Part shown: in pieces, positions 18,733 through 29,268 of the stretch
Numbering within the stretch: position 1 is the stretch's first letter
Layout of the letters: each line of letters starts with the position of its first letter
Assembly (NCBI RefSeq): GCF_009557235.1
Contig: NZ_CP045650.1
Location: forward strand, 540,001 to 572,000
Direction of reading: 5' to 3'
Length of the DNA: 32,000 nucleotides
Origin: Acinetobacter wanghuae
GTDB taxonomy: Bacteria; Pseudomonadota; Gammaproteobacteria; Pseudomonadales; Moraxellaceae
Program-made: the position numbers and the translations under genes
Notes under the pieces: model-generated
What the model saw: only the letters and a program-made list of their open reading frames with translations
The model's database searches: none
Told to the model about the DNA's origin: nothing

Positions 18733-18760
18733 ATATATGTTGAGTTGACTATTTTTCAAG
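18733..18760 (-). promoter_or_regulatory. Candidate sigma32-type heat-shock promoter for ibpA
   Basis: The minus strand reads CTTGAAA-N14-CATATAT, a partial match to CTTGAA-N13-14-CCCCATNT. It would give a ~100-nt 5' UTR. Confidence 0.35.
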
Positions 18761-18909
18761 AAAAAAGTAAAAATATTTTTGATATTTTGTTATAAGGTTT
18801 TGATAAAAATAAGTTTATTTTAGTTGGATTTTTTTCGCTTGTTGTTTTAAGTAAAATAAACTAAGGTGTCAGTGCATCGCCAAAATGGCTTTATTGAGTA
18901 TAAAAAACA

Positions 18910-19533
18910 ATGATTGATCTTTATTATTGGGGAACACCAAACGGTCTTAAAATCAGTATTGCTCTTGAAGAAATGGGGCTTGATTATCAGATTATTCCCA
19001 TTAATATTTTAGCCAATGATCAATTTCAGCCTGATTTTTTAGCCATTTCACCGAACAATAAGATTCCTGCGATTGTGGACCAAGATGGGCCCAATCATGA
19101 GGCAATTTCGATTTTTGAATCGGGTGCAATTTTACAATATTTGGGTCGTAAAACAGGGCAGTTTTATCCAAATGATGAGATTGACTGCATTCAAGTGGAA
19201 CAATGGCTGATGTGGCAAATGGGTGGTTTCGGTCCAATGTTAGGACAAAATCATCATTTTAGTCGTTTTGCACCTGAGCGAATTCCTTACGCAACCAACC
19301 GCTATGTGGAAGAAACCAAGCGCTTGTATGGCGTGCTGAATAAGCAATTGGTTGGGCAAGATTATGTCGCGGGTGAATATTCGATTGCAGATATGGCAAT
19401 TTTCCCTTGGGTATTACGCTATGAATGGCAAGGCATTGATTTAGCCGACTATCCAGAAGTAGAAAAATATATGCAACGTATCAATGCGCGTCCTGCGGTA
19501 CAAAAAGCACTGGAGATCATGGTCAAGCCTTAA
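18910..19533 (+). CDS. Glutathione S-transferase (YfcG/Nu-class-like)
   Basis: The N-terminal thioredoxin-like GST fold has NGLKISI..., NNKIPAIVD and ESGAILQYL. The C-terminal part is a helical domain. Confidence 0.85.
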   Translation: MIDLYYWGTPNGLKISIALEEMGLDYQIIPINILANDQFQPDFLAISPNNKIPAIVDQDGPNHEAISIFESGAILQYLGRKTGQFYPNDEIDCIQVEQWLMWQMGGFGPMLGQNHHFSRFAPERIPYATNRYVEETKRLYGVLNKQLVGQDYVAGEYSIADMAIFPWVLRYEWQGIDLADYPEVEKYMQRINARPAVQKALEIMVKP

Positions 19534-19566
19534 CACGACTTTGTGCTAAGATATTCGAAATTGAAT

Positions 19567-19589
19567 AAACCGCCTTCGGGTGGTTTTTT
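19567..19589 (+). terminator. Rho-independent terminator after the GST gene
   Basis: aaaccgccttcgggtggtttttt. Confidence 0.7.
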
Positions 19590-19602
19590 ATTGGAACAGG
19601 TT

Positions 19603-19890
19603 ATGAAATCATTTTTTCTCAATTCAACCCGTATTGTTGAAGCCAATCCTAAAGTGTATTGGAGCATTATTGCAGGTGTGGTCGCATGTTTGGTGTTGTT
19701 TATTGCCGAAATTGTGCATATTCAACAGATCGTCGATGCCTTAAATACCCGCGATCAAGGTGTGTTAGGCGCTGCTATTGAGCCGGTTGCACAGCTTTAT
19801 CATTGGGCACGTATTGCAATCATTATCATCATGCTCGTTTGGTCAAGTGTTGAATATACAAAAACCAAGAATAAGCTCGGCTTAAAATAA
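19603..19890 (+). CDS. Small membrane protein (95 aa, two predicted TM helices)
   Basis: The start was moved to the ATG at 19603, because the track's upstream extension runs through the terminator hairpin. The hydrophobic segments are YWSIIAGVVACLVLFIAEIV and ARIAIIIIMLVWSSV. Confidence 0.55.
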   Translation: MKSFFLNSTRIVEANPKVYWSIIAGVVACLVLFIAEIVHIQQIVDALNTRDQGVLGAAIEPVAQLYHWARIAIIIIMLVWSSVEYTKTKNKLGLK

Positions 19891-19900
19891 TGCGCTTCAC

Positions 19901-20326
19901 ATGAGCGTATTGCTATTATTTATCTCAGCACTCGGTGCAGCGACATTATTGCCGTTGCAATCTGAAGCAGTACTTTTAGCATTATTGGCACAAGACGTTC
20001 ATGCTGCGTGGTTGCTGATTTTTATTGCCAGTTTGGGAAATATTTTGGGTTCGTGTATCAATTGGTATCTCGGGCTGAAGATTGAAGTTTTCAAAAGTAA
20101 AAAATGGTTTCCAGTGTCCGAGCATAAGCTTGTACAAGCGCAAAAAACCTATCAAAAATATGGTTTTTGGTCATTGTTACTCAGTTGGGTGCCGATTATT
20201 GGTGATCCAATCACTTTTATCGCAGGTTTGATGAAAGAAAAATTTTTTAAATTTTTGCTGATGGTGACGCTTGCTAAGACGGGGCGTTATCTCTGTGTCT
20301 ATCTTATTTTTATCAATGTATTTTGA
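19901..20326 (+). CDS. yqaA: YqaA-family (DedA-related) inner-membrane protein
   Basis: At 141 aa it aligns with remembered E. coli YqaA (ATLLPLQSEAVLLALL..., LLLSWVPIIGDPITFIAG). Confidence 0.8.
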   Translation: MSVLLLFISALGAATLLPLQSEAVLLALLAQDVHAAWLLIFIASLGNILGSCINWYLGLKIEVFKSKKWFPVSEHKLVQAQKTYQKYGFWSLLLSWVPIIGDPITFIAGLMKEKFFKFLLMVTLAKTGRYLCVYLIFINVF

Positions 20327-20348
20327 TGTCGGCTTTTAAAAATAAATT

Positions 20349-20381
20349 AAAAAGCAGCGCTATTTTTAGCGCTGCTTTTTT
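20349..20381. terminator. Bidirectional Rho-independent terminator
   Basis: aaaaagcagcgctatttttagcgctgctttttt. Confidence 0.8.
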
Positions 20382-20398
20382 GATTCAATCGTGCGGTA

Positions 20399-21139
20399 TT
20401 AAGACGTACAAAAATCTGTCTTGAATTGCATTTCATCTTTAAAACTGCTTGGTTTATATAGCCATAGCGTTTTTGCTAAGCGTTTGGTGGCAATTTTGGT
20501 TCCCTTTAGCTCATGGATAAGGGCTTGATCAATCGTACTAATGCCTGAACTTTTGAGGATTTTAACTTCATCAATACGGTGTTGTTTATCTGTGTGAATT
20601 TTAAATTTTACAGTACGGGCACGTGTAGTTAAGTCATCTGGATCAATCGTTAAAATAGGTTGGCTCAGATATTTGAAATCTGTTTGCTTCTCTTTTTGCT
20701 GTGACTGCCATTGTTTAGAAGCAAATGGATATTGGCAAAGGTCTTCCGCATCTGTCGTCAATTTAAAGTTAAATACTTGATAACCAATAATCGGCACAGT
20801 CATGCCATTACTTATGTGTGGTTTTACCCGAGACGCTTTTACCGCATTGAGTAACATCGTATCGAGTGCTTGCAGACCTGTGCTGTCTTGAATATGTGCT
20901 GAGCGAATCTGTCCTTGTTCGTCTGATTGAACTTTGACGACGGCAGAACGTGGCGAATCTTTTAAATCGTGGTTGTTATAGTTTAATTGCGGGAATTTTT
21001 GCCATTCAATGCGGGTGGTTAGATGTGCTGCTGCCACTTGAATTTGATGTGCTGGGAGTTTTTGTGATGGTTCAGCATAGGTGGTGACTGCAATGCAAGG
21101 TAAACAGGTCAAGAGTGCAAAGCTGAGAGCATATTTCAT
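20399..21139 (-). CDS. Secreted protein with two TonB-C-terminal-like domains
   Basis: The Sec signal peptide is MKYALSFALLTCLPCIAVTTYA. Two segments fit the TonB_C pattern: AVVKVQSDEQGQIRSAHIQDSTGLQALDTMLLNAVKASRVKP and TVKFKIHTDKQHRIDEVKILKSSGISTIDQALIHELKG. Confidence 0.55.
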   Translation of the reverse strand: MKYALSFALLTCLPCIAVTTYAEPSQKLPAHQIQVAAAHLTTRIEWQKFPQLNYNNHDLKDSPRSAVVKVQSDEQGQIRSAHIQDSTGLQALDTMLLNAVKASRVKPHISNGMTVPIIGYQVFNFKLTTDAEDLCQYPFASKQWQSQQKEKQTDFKYLSQPILTIDPDDLTTRARTVKFKIHTDKQHRIDEVKILKSSGISTIDQALIHELKGTKIATKRLAKTLWLYKPSSFKDEMQFKTDFCTS

Positions 21140-21228
21140 AAATCAATCTTTTTTAAATGATGCAAATGGGAAGGAGCAAGCCCTGCGCAGTATTTCTTGA
21201 ATTAGAAATACTGGCAAGTAGAAAATGC

Positions 21229-22485
21229 TTATTCTGGCTTGGAGGCTTTATTGATATCGACCTTAAATAAATCTTTGGTTTTAACCCAACTTAAGCCAAC
21301 CACACAGAGCGTCACACATCCACCAAAGACAGTCGCCATAATTGTGCCCATATATTTGGCAGCCAGCCCAGATTCAAATGCACCGAGTTCATTACTGCTT
21401 GAGACAAACATGCCATTGACCGCAGCAACACGACCTCGCATATTTTCAGGTGGATAAATTTGTAAAATGGTTTGGCGAATCACCACCGAAATACTGTCGC
21501 AAGCACCCGTCATGGTCAGGGCAAATAAGGACAGCCACATCGAATTTGAAAATGCGAACAGTAGGGTAAAGACACCAAAGCCTGCTACCGCCAATAACAT
21601 ATTGCGCCATGCATGATGGGTCGGTGGAAAACGCGTTAAAGCAATCATGGTGAGCAAAGCTCCAATCGAAGGCGCAGCACGTAAGTAGCCTAAACCTTCA
21701 GGACCCACCTTTAAGATATCTTCGGCAAAGATCGGTAGCAAGGCAATCACACCACCAAATAAGACTGAAACTAAATCGAGTGAAATGGACCACAGCACGA
21801 TTTTGGTTTTCCAAATAAAGCGAAAACCATCACCTAAACTACGTAGTACATTGTCGGTTCCAATTTTTGGAAAAGTACGTTTCTCTAAGAAGTTCAGCAA
21901 AATAAAACAGACGGTGAGTAAGCCAACCACACTAAATAGACTGGTTTCACGCCCTAAAAAAGCCAGCATAAAGCCGCCTAGCATTGGACCAATAATCACA
22001 CCACTTTGCCAACCAATGGTCGTCCATGTCGCGCCATTGGTATACAACTCACGCGGAATCAAAAACGGTTTAAGTGATGTTGCGGAAGGACCATAAAAGC
22101 CACGAATCGTACCTAAGCAGAATATCACCGCATAAATGCCCAGTGACAGCTGTGTAACAGAAATTTTCTCTAACCCGTATTGGTGAAACAGCATCCATAA
22201 AATCAGCGGCATCGGAATACAGAAAAATAAACAGATTTTCATAATGGTCTGTTTATTAAAGCGATCTGCGAAATAGCCACCCCACAAGGACAGGGCAATA
22301 AAAGGAATCGCTTCGGCTAGACCAATCAAACCTAAGGTCAGTGGATCTTTCGTGATTTTATACAGTGAATAGGCAACAATAATTTCTTGAATCAAAATAG
22401 CCAACGTCAGGCAAAATTGATTAATCGTGACAATAGAAAAGTCGCGATAACGAAGCGCTGCAAAAGCATCAGATTGGATAGGCAT
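21229..22485 (-). CDS. MFS transporter (12 TM, EntS/MFS_3-like)
   Basis: The protein is hydrophobic throughout and has the MFS loop motif GGYFADRFNKQ after TM2. Confidence 0.85.
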   Translation of the reverse strand: MPIQSDAFAALRYRDFSIVTINQFCLTLAILIQEIIVAYSLYKITKDPLTLGLIGLAEAIPFIALSLWGGYFADRFNKQTIMKICLFFCIPMPLILWMLFHQYGLEKISVTQLSLGIYAVIFCLGTIRGFYGPSATSLKPFLIPRELYTNGATWTTIGWQSGVIIGPMLGGFMLAFLGRETSLFSVVGLLTVCFILLNFLEKRTFPKIGTDNVLRSLGDGFRFIWKTKIVLWSISLDLVSVLFGGVIALLPIFAEDILKVGPEGLGYLRAAPSIGALLTMIALTRFPPTHHAWRNMLLAVAGFGVFTLLFAFSNSMWLSLFALTMTGACDSISVVIRQTILQIYPPENMRGRVAAVNGMFVSSSNELGAFESGLAAKYMGTIMATVFGGCVTLCVVGLSWVKTKDLFKVDINKASKPE

Positions 22486-22715
22486 GTGTCAGGGCATGAA
22501 ACAAAAAGTAAGCAAATTATAGAACGTTATTTATGTGCTGCTGCGATTTCATCATGCAATCTTTATCGAAAATAATACTTAGTCGGAATATCCATAATAA
22601 AAAAGCCGAGTGCTTTTGTTTTACTCAAAGATGCTTTAGAATACTCGCTCCCTTACCTGCAGGTCGTTTTTGCAATGGTGCAGACGTTCCGAACAGGTGT
22701 TCAAAAGAGGTTGTT

Positions 22716-22910
22716 ATGCCTAAGATGAAAACTCGCCGTGGTGCAGCTAAACGCTTTAAAGCGACTGCTAACGGTTTTAAGCGTAAACAAGCGTTCAAAC
22801 GCCACATTTTGACCAAAAAATCTGCTAAGCGTATTCGTCAATTACGCGGCTGTGTAATGGTTCACGTAAGTGACGTTGCTTCAGTTCGCCGTATGTGCCC
22901 GTACATCTAA
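22716..22910 (+). CDS. rpmI: 50S ribosomal protein L35
   Basis: [15 protein letters not shown]... SD aaagagg lies 6 nt upstream. The track's 125-aa ORF is an in-frame spurious extension. Confidence 0.95.
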   Translation: MPKMKTRRGAAKRFKATANGFKRKQAFKRHILTKKSAKRIRQLRGCVMVHVSDVASVRRMCPYI

Positions 22911-22921
22911 GGAGATTATAA

Positions 22922-23281
22922 ATGGCTCGTGTAAAACGTGGTGTACAGGCTCATCGCCGTCACAAAAAAATTCTTGCTCGCGCTAAAGGTTACTACGGTG
23001 CTCGTTCACGTGTTTATCGCGTAGCGTTCCAAGCAGTAATCAAAGCTGGTCAATATGCTTACCGTGACCGTCGTCAAAAGAAACGTCAATTCCGCGCTTT
23101 GTGGATTGCACGTATCAATGCTGGTGCGCGTCTAAATGGTTTATCGTACAGCCGTATGATTTCTGGCTTGAAAAAAGCTCAAGTAATCATCGACCGTCGT
23201 GTACTTGCAGACATCGCTATGCATGACGCAGTTGCATTTGCTGCTATCGCTCAAAAAGCGAAAGACGCATTGGCTGCATAA
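22922..23281 (+). CDS. rplT: 50S ribosomal protein L20
   Basis: MARVKRGV...[14 protein letters not shown]..., close to E. coli L20. SD is aaggag, 11 nt after the rpmI stop. Confidence 0.97.
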   Translation: MARVKRGVQAHRRHKKILARAKGYYGARSRVYRVAFQAVIKAGQYAYRDRRQKKRQFRALWIARINAGARLNGLSYSRMISGLKKAQVIIDRRVLADIAMHDAVAFAAIAQKAKDALAA

Positions 23282-23294
23282 GTCTTTATGACTT

Positions 23295-23326
23295 AAAAAA
23301 AGGCCGCTTTTAGCGGTCTTTTTTTA
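23295..23326 (+). terminator. Rho-independent terminator after rplT
   Basis: aaaaaaaggccgcttttagcggtcttttttt. Confidence 0.8.
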
Positions 23327-23624
23327 TATCTATGATTTTTTAATGTCATAAAAACAGATGATATGCACTACTGATATGGCTGTTAAAAAACGTTCAAAAG
23401 AAAAATATAGCGTGACACAATAAGCTAGCGTTCATACAAGATTGCAGTTTTTAGAGGGGGCGAAAATACGCTGCTATACAATTTAAAAGCGCCAAAATAT
23501 AAAAGGGAGATGGCGCATTCAAGGGTGACTAAAATCACAGCAAAGCTTTACGTTCTTTATACTTACAACCCGTATAAATCTATTACAGTAATTGATCTTC
23601 CATCAATAATGATCAGCTCCGAAT

Positions 23625-24155
23625 ATGCAGCGCATCAATGTGGTTGGAACATCTGCATCAGGTAAATCCACTTTTTCTCGTCAGCTCGCAGGGCACTTAA
23701 ATCTTGCCTATATTGAATTGGATAATTTATTTTGGCTTGATGATTGGCAACAAAGTCCCGATGCGGCGTTTTTTGCCAAGATTCAACAGGCAATTGATTC
23801 AGCTACACATGGTTATGTGATTGATGGCAACTATACTCGTAGTATTCCCATTAAATGGGCAGAATTAGACACTGTCATTTGGCTCGATTTACCTTTTTCT
23901 GTGAATTTCTATCGTTCAGTGAAACGAGCAATACAGCGCAGCTTGATGCAAAAGCAACTCTGGTCAAATTCAAATAATACAGAAAGTTTAAAACAGCTTT
24001 TTAGTCAAGATTCCATTGTATGGTGGATGATTAAGACACATCGCAAGAATCAAAAACATTATCTTCAGCTAATGCAATCACCTGAATATCAACATATCCG
24101 ATGGATTAGATTGCAATCTGTCCGAGAGATGAATACCTTTCTGGCAAAGATTTAA
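23625..24155 (+). CDS. P-loop NTPase / adenylate-kinase-like small kinase
   Basis: The Walker A motif GTSASGKST sits at residues 8-16. At ~176 aa it has the length of topology-modulation/AAA-kinase-type proteins. Confidence 0.7.
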   Translation: MQRINVVGTSASGKSTFSRQLAGHLNLAYIELDNLFWLDDWQQSPDAAFFAKIQQAIDSATHGYVIDGNYTRSIPIKWAELDTVIWLDLPFSVNFYRSVKRAIQRSLMQKQLWSNSNNTESLKQLFSQDSIVWWMIKTHRKNQKHYLQLMQSPEYQHIRWIRLQSVREMNTFLAKI

Positions 24156-25168
24156 AGCCCAAAATAATAACCAATCACACAAATCACAATGGTAATTAAA
24201 ATGAGTTTAATGACACTTGATGCTCCTGTATGTGACGTATTGGGGCGTTCAATTTTGGCTGATGTATGGCGATTTTCAGTACTCACACCTGCGAGGGGAT
24301 CTGCTGCTGCCTGCGCTTGAATCTGTGCAGTTTGATAATGATTTGCGACCTTCACAATAAATTTTGAGTGTAGATCTTCAATTTTCTCAGCGAAATGTCT
24401 TAAATCTAATTGTTGTTGAGGATTAAGCACTTCTCCTTCATCATTATAGGGATGTTGGATTTGGGCTTGAATAAAATCGTGCAGTGCATCAAAACGATAC
24501 AGGCTTTCATGCGCATAATCCGCGTTGTAGTCGGTTGGCATGAGTGCCAATTTATTGCTGCTACCTACATCTAAAGCGGACTTTAAACCGTAGTAAGGCT
24601 GACCTATTTGCGTAGGATCTACAAAATCACGTGCAAATGGTGCATCAAATAACTCATGTTGTGTAAAGACTTGGATATCTTTCCAATTCGGTTGCTCAAG
24701 ATCATGATCAATGCGTTTAGCAAATTTAGGCGTCAGTTCATAACGCCAAAAGACTTCATGACGTAGCGGGGACTGCTGTGCTTGAGGCGCTTCATAATCA
24801 TTATCTGCGCTATACCATTCGGGTAATTCTTTACCAATAATCCATGCGTGTTTTTTATGTACTTCATGGCTTACAATGAAGTGTTCTAAAGCCAAAAGTT
24901 CAACATTGGCATTGGGGTTTTGTTCATCGATTAATAAGGTAGAACGATGTAAGCTTAAGCGTTTAACCCCTTGTTTTTTTAAGCCTTCGAGCCAAATTTG
25001 AAAATGTTGCGCCAATAAATGCTGCGAAAGTAAATCACGAAAAGCAAAGTGATGTTGATTAAAAATAGAATGCTGCACCCAACGGCTGAAACTTAAATCT
25101 TGGTTGAGATATTCATTTCCATACGTCACTAGCGTGAGTTGCTGCTTCCAAATTTGATCGATTGCCAT
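24152..25168 (-). CDS. Hypothetical protein (338 aa) with a single C-terminal TM anchor
   Basis: This is a long ORF with an ATG start. The C-terminus SSVIKLILITIVICVIGYYFGL is hydrophobic. No family recognised. Confidence 0.6.
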   Translation of the reverse strand: MAIDQIWKQQLTLVTYGNEYLNQDLSFSRWVQHSIFNQHHFAFRDLLSQHLLAQHFQIWLEGLKKQGVKRLSLHRSTLLIDEQNPNANVELLALEHFIVSHEVHKKHAWIIGKELPEWYSADNDYEAPQAQQSPLRHEVFWRYELTPKFAKRIDHDLEQPNWKDIQVFTQHELFDAPFARDFVDPTQIGQPYYGLKSALDVGSSNKLALMPTDYNADYAHESLYRFDALHDFIQAQIQHPYNDEGEVLNPQQQLDLRHFAEKIEDLHSKFIVKVANHYQTAQIQAQAAADPLAGVSTENRHTSAKIERPNTSHTGASSVIKLILITIVICVIGYYFGL

Positions 25169-25306
25169 AGTGATTTGATCTGATTGATAATGTGTTTATC
25201 TTATACTTTTTATATTTGCCCACGCTATTCTAATTTTCATTAAAACGATACTTCATCCTCGTGTCTAAAAACTGTTAGAATATCTGGTTTTTAAAAATAT
25301 TTTTAA

Positions 25307-26308
<1,002 letters not shown>

Positions 26309-26322
26309 AACTTTTTATTAAA

Positions 26323-26471
26323 TCCTCTCCCTAAGATTGGGTGAGAGGAAAATTGATATTTTTAGATTTTAAAAATCCCCCTAAATCCCCCTTTGTAAAA
26401 GGGGGACTTACACGCAATAAGTAGAAGTGTGGGTGCTTCCCCTCTTTGTTAAAGAGGGGTTAGGGGAGATT
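26323..26471. repeat. Cluster of three GC-rich hairpin units (REP/MITE-like) filling the pheS-pheT spacer
   Basis: Hairpins lie at 26323-26349, 26374-26406 (inverted unit) and 26438-26471 (direct unit, cccctctttgttaaagaggggttaggggagatt). They are related to the units at 2201-2270 and 3434-3470. Confidence 0.75.
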
Positions 26472-26485
26472 CAGGAAATGAATAT

Positions 26486-28867
26486 ATGAAAATTAGCGAA
26501 AATTGGCTACGCACATGGGTCAACCCAGCCATCGATAGCGACACTTTGTCTGACCAATTAACCATGTTGGGTCTAGAAGTCGATGATTTATCGCCTGCTG
26601 CAAAACCATTTACCGGTGTTGTTGTTGGTGAGGTGCTGACTGTAGAGCAACATCCCGATGCAGACCGTTTACGTGTAACGACTGTCAATATTGGTTCAGG
26701 TGAGCCATTACAAATTGTATGTGGTGCGCCAAACGTACGTGCAGGTATGAAAGCACCGGTTGCGACCATTGGTGCGGTATTGCCGGGTGATTTCAAAATC
26801 AAAAAAGGCAAACTCCGTGGTGTTGAATCACAAGGCATGCTTTGCGGTGCATCTGAAATTGATTTAGAAGACAAAATTGATGGTCTTTTAGAATTACCTG
26901 CGGATGCACCTGTTGGTGTCAACGTACGTGAATACTTAGAACTTGATGACAATGTCATTGATATCAGTATCACGCCAAACCGTGGTGACTGTTTCAGTAT
27001 TCGCGGGATCGCACGTGAAATTGGGGTGATTAACCAATTGCCTGTGACTGCGCCTGAAATTAAAGAAGTGGCTGCAACGATTTCTGATGAAAAGAAAGTT
27101 GTGGTTGAGACGGATGGTTGCCCACGTTATTTAGGTCGTGTCATCAAAAATGTGAATACCAAAGCAGCTACGCCTGTTTGGATGGAACGTGCGCTTGCAC
27201 GTGCAGGTATTCGTCAGCACAGCATTTTGGTCGATATTACCAACTATGTCTTGATGGAACTTGGTCAACCACTGCATGCTTTTGACGGTGGTAAGGTTGA
27301 AGGTGCTGTTTATGTGCGTCAAGCAACAGCCGCTGAGAAACTTACACTTCTGAACGAACAAGAAGTCGAGCTGAGTGAAAAAGTGATGGTGATTGCGGAT
27401 GATACTAAAGCATTGGCAATTGCAGGCATTATGGGTGGTTTGTCTTCAGCTGTGTCTGATAGCACCACTGAAATTTTCCTAGAATCTGCATTCTTCGATC
27501 AATTGTATATTGCAGGTCGTGCGCGTAGTTTCGGTCTACACACGGATGCCTCTCAGCGTTATGAACGTGGTGTGGACTTTGAATTGCCATTGATGGCCAT
27601 GCACCGTGCATCACAGTTAATCTCTGAACTTGCTGGTGGTGAGTTTGGTCCAATTACTGTCGCTGAGAAAGCAGAGTTGCTTCCGAAACGTGAAGCAATT
27701 GAGCTGAATCAAGCACAAGTGGATCAACTGCTTGGTTATAAAGTTGAATCAGACTTTATCAGCGATGCTTTAACACGTTTAGGTTGTGATGTAACAGTTA
27801 AGGCGCAAGGTGAATGGCGTGTTGTTCCACCATCGCATCGTTTTGATATGACCATTTACCAAGACTTGATTGAAGAAGTGGCACGTATTCACGGCTATGA
27901 CAACATTCAAATCAGCTTGCCTGTGATTGATGTGAAATTGGCAAAATACCAAGATCAGTTTGAGCTCGGTCAATTGCGTCAAACTGCGGTCACTTTGGGT
28001 TATCAAGAAGCGATCAGCTTTAGCTTTGCAGATTTAAAACTTGAAAAACAATTGAACCCAAGCATCAATCCATTGGCATTGGCAAACCCAATTTCAAGCG
28101 ATTTAGCGGTGATGCGTTCGACTTTACTTTCAAGCTTAATTCCATGTGTACAACATAACGTCAATCGTCAGCAAAGCCGTGTGCGTTTCTTTGAGCTGGG
28201 TTTACGTTTTGATTATCAAGATGCAGCAAGCATTCATGACTTAAAACAGATTCCAACCTTTGCACTGGTGGCAACAGGTTCACGCACGACTGAATCTTGG
28301 CATGGTAAAGCACAGCCAATGGACTTCTTTGACTTCAAAGGTGATATTGAAGAGATCTTAGCTGCTGGACGTTTAAATGTTGAATACGTTCGTTCAAAGC
28401 GTAGTTGGTTGCATCCTGGACAGTCTGCAGAAATTTTAGTCGATGGAAAATCAATTGGTTACTTGGGGCGTTTGCATCCTTCATTAGAGTCTGAACTTGA
28501 TTTAGCGACCACTTGGGTGGCTGAATTGGATCAAAAGGCTGTTTTGCAAACTTATGTATCTAATTTTACAGAATTATCACGTTTTCCATCGGTTCGACGT
28601 GATATTGCGCTTTTAATTAGTGATAAGATTAATGTTAGCGAAATTCAGGGACTTATCGAAAAAACAGGCGGAGCGCTTTTAGGTTCTACTTGGTTATTCG
28701 ATGTGTACACTGGGCAAGGGGTAGAAGAAGGTAAACGCTCACTTGCATTTGCACTTCTTTGGCAGCATCCGACCCGTACATTGGAAGATGCTGAAATTAA
28801 ATCCGGTATGGATAATATCCTTCAAGTGTTGGAAAACACATACCAAGCGACATTGAGGGCTTCATGA
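26486..28867 (+). CDS. pheT: Phenylalanine--tRNA ligase beta subunit
   Basis: [14 protein letters not shown]... resembles E. coli PheT along its full 793 aa. SD aggaaa lies 7 nt upstream. Confidence 0.97.
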   Translation: MKISENWLRTWVNPAIDSDTLSDQLTMLGLEVDDLSPAAKPFTGVVVGEVLTVEQHPDADRLRVTTVNIGSGEPLQIVCGAPNVRAGMKAPVATIGAVLPGDFKIKKGKLRGVESQGMLCGASEIDLEDKIDGLLELPADAPVGVNVREYLELDDNVIDISITPNRGDCFSIRGIAREIGVINQLPVTAPEIKEVAATISDEKKVVVETDGCPRYLGRVIKNVNTKAATPVWMERALARAGIRQHSILVDITNYVLMELGQPLHAFDGGKVEGAVYVRQATAAEKLTLLNEQEVELSEKVMVIADDTKALAIAGIMGGLSSAVSDSTTEIFLESAFFDQLYIAGRARSFGLHTDASQRYERGVDFELPLMAMHRASQLISELAGGEFGPITVAEKAELLPKREAIELNQAQVDQLLGYKVESDFISDALTRLGCDVTVKAQGEWRVVPPSHRFDMTIYQDLIEEVARIHGYDNIQISLPVIDVKLAKYQDQFELGQLRQTAVTLGYQEAISFSFADLKLEKQLNPSINPLALANPISSDLAVMRSTLLSSLIPCVQHNVNRQQSRVRFFELGLRFDYQDAASIHDLKQIPTFALVATGSRTTESWHGKAQPMDFFDFKGDIEEILAAGRLNVEYVRSKRSWLHPGQSAEILVDGKSIGYLGRLHPSLESELDLATTWVAELDQKAVLQTYVSNFTELSRFPSVRRDIALLISDKINVSEIQGLIEKTGGALLGSTWLFDVYTGQGVEEGKRSLAFALLWQHPTRTLEDAEIKSGMDNILQVLENTYQATLRAS

Positions 28868-29160
28868 CAGCACTAACTAAAGCAGAGATGGCTGATCATT
28901 TAAGTGAGCTCACGAGTTTGAATCGTCGTGAAGCAAAACAAATGGTCGAGTTGTTTTTTGATGAGATTAGCCAAGCGCTAATCTCTGGCGAGCAAGTCAA
29001 ACTATCTGGTTTCGGTAACTTCGAGTTGCGTGATAAACGTCAACGCCCAGGCCGTAACCCGAAAACGGGTGAAGAGATTCCAATTTCTGCACGCCGTGTC
29101 GTCACTTTCCGTGCGGGACAGAAGTTCCGTCAACGTGTGGGGACAGAGCAGGTCGATTGA
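28864..29160 (+). CDS. ihfA: Integration host factor alpha subunit
   Basis: [13 protein letters not shown]...[26 protein letters not shown]..., close to E. coli IhfA. The ATGA overlap with the pheT stop suggests translational coupling. Confidence 0.96.
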   Translation: MTALTKAEMADHLSELTSLNRREAKQMVELFFDEISQALISGEQVKLSGFGNFELRDKRQRPGRNPKTGEEIPISARRVVTFRAGQKFRQRVGTEQVD

Positions 29161-29190
29161 TCTGCTTTTTTATTTTGATTCGTGTACTTT

Positions 29191-29214
29191 GCCTAGAAAT
29201 CTCGATTTCTAGGC
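29191..29214. repeat. Perfect 10-11 bp inverted repeat (stable hairpin without U-run)
   Basis: gcctagaaatctcgatttctaggc. Confidence 0.6.
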
Positions 29215-29215
29215 A

Positions 29216-29247
29216 TAAAAAAAGAGAGCCAATGGCTCTCTTTTTTT
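29216..29247. terminator. Bidirectional Rho-independent terminator between ihfA and the small lipoprotein gene
   Basis: aaaaaaagagagccaatggctctcttttttt. Confidence 0.8.
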
Positions 29248-29268
29248 GACTTAATAATCTATAACAGA

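Noticed and set aside
22533-22715. 61-codon in-frame N-terminal extension of rpmI (the track's 125-aa ORF)
   Set aside because: L35 is ~64 aa in all bacteria. A good SD precedes the ATG at 22716, and the Cys-rich extension covers the promoter and leader region.
23510-23665. 51-codon ORF starting right after GGGAG and overlapping the kinase gene start
   Set aside because: The SD-to-ATG spacing is essentially zero. The ORF overlaps the better-supported P-loop ORF in another frame, and its composition is not protein-like.
25190-25243. 17-aa ORF (MCLSYTFYICPRYSNFH) upstream of pheS as a pheM-like attenuator leader peptide
   Set aside because: It has only two isolated Phe codons and no Phe run. 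It has no SD and no terminator/antiterminator alternative that I could find downstream.
26449-26973. 174-aa ORF on the minus strand overlapping the pheT 5' end and the spacer
   Set aside because: It is antisense to a strongly supported pheT frame, Ser/Thr/Pro-rich with shadow-ORF composition, and has no SD. It is a typical antisense artefact.
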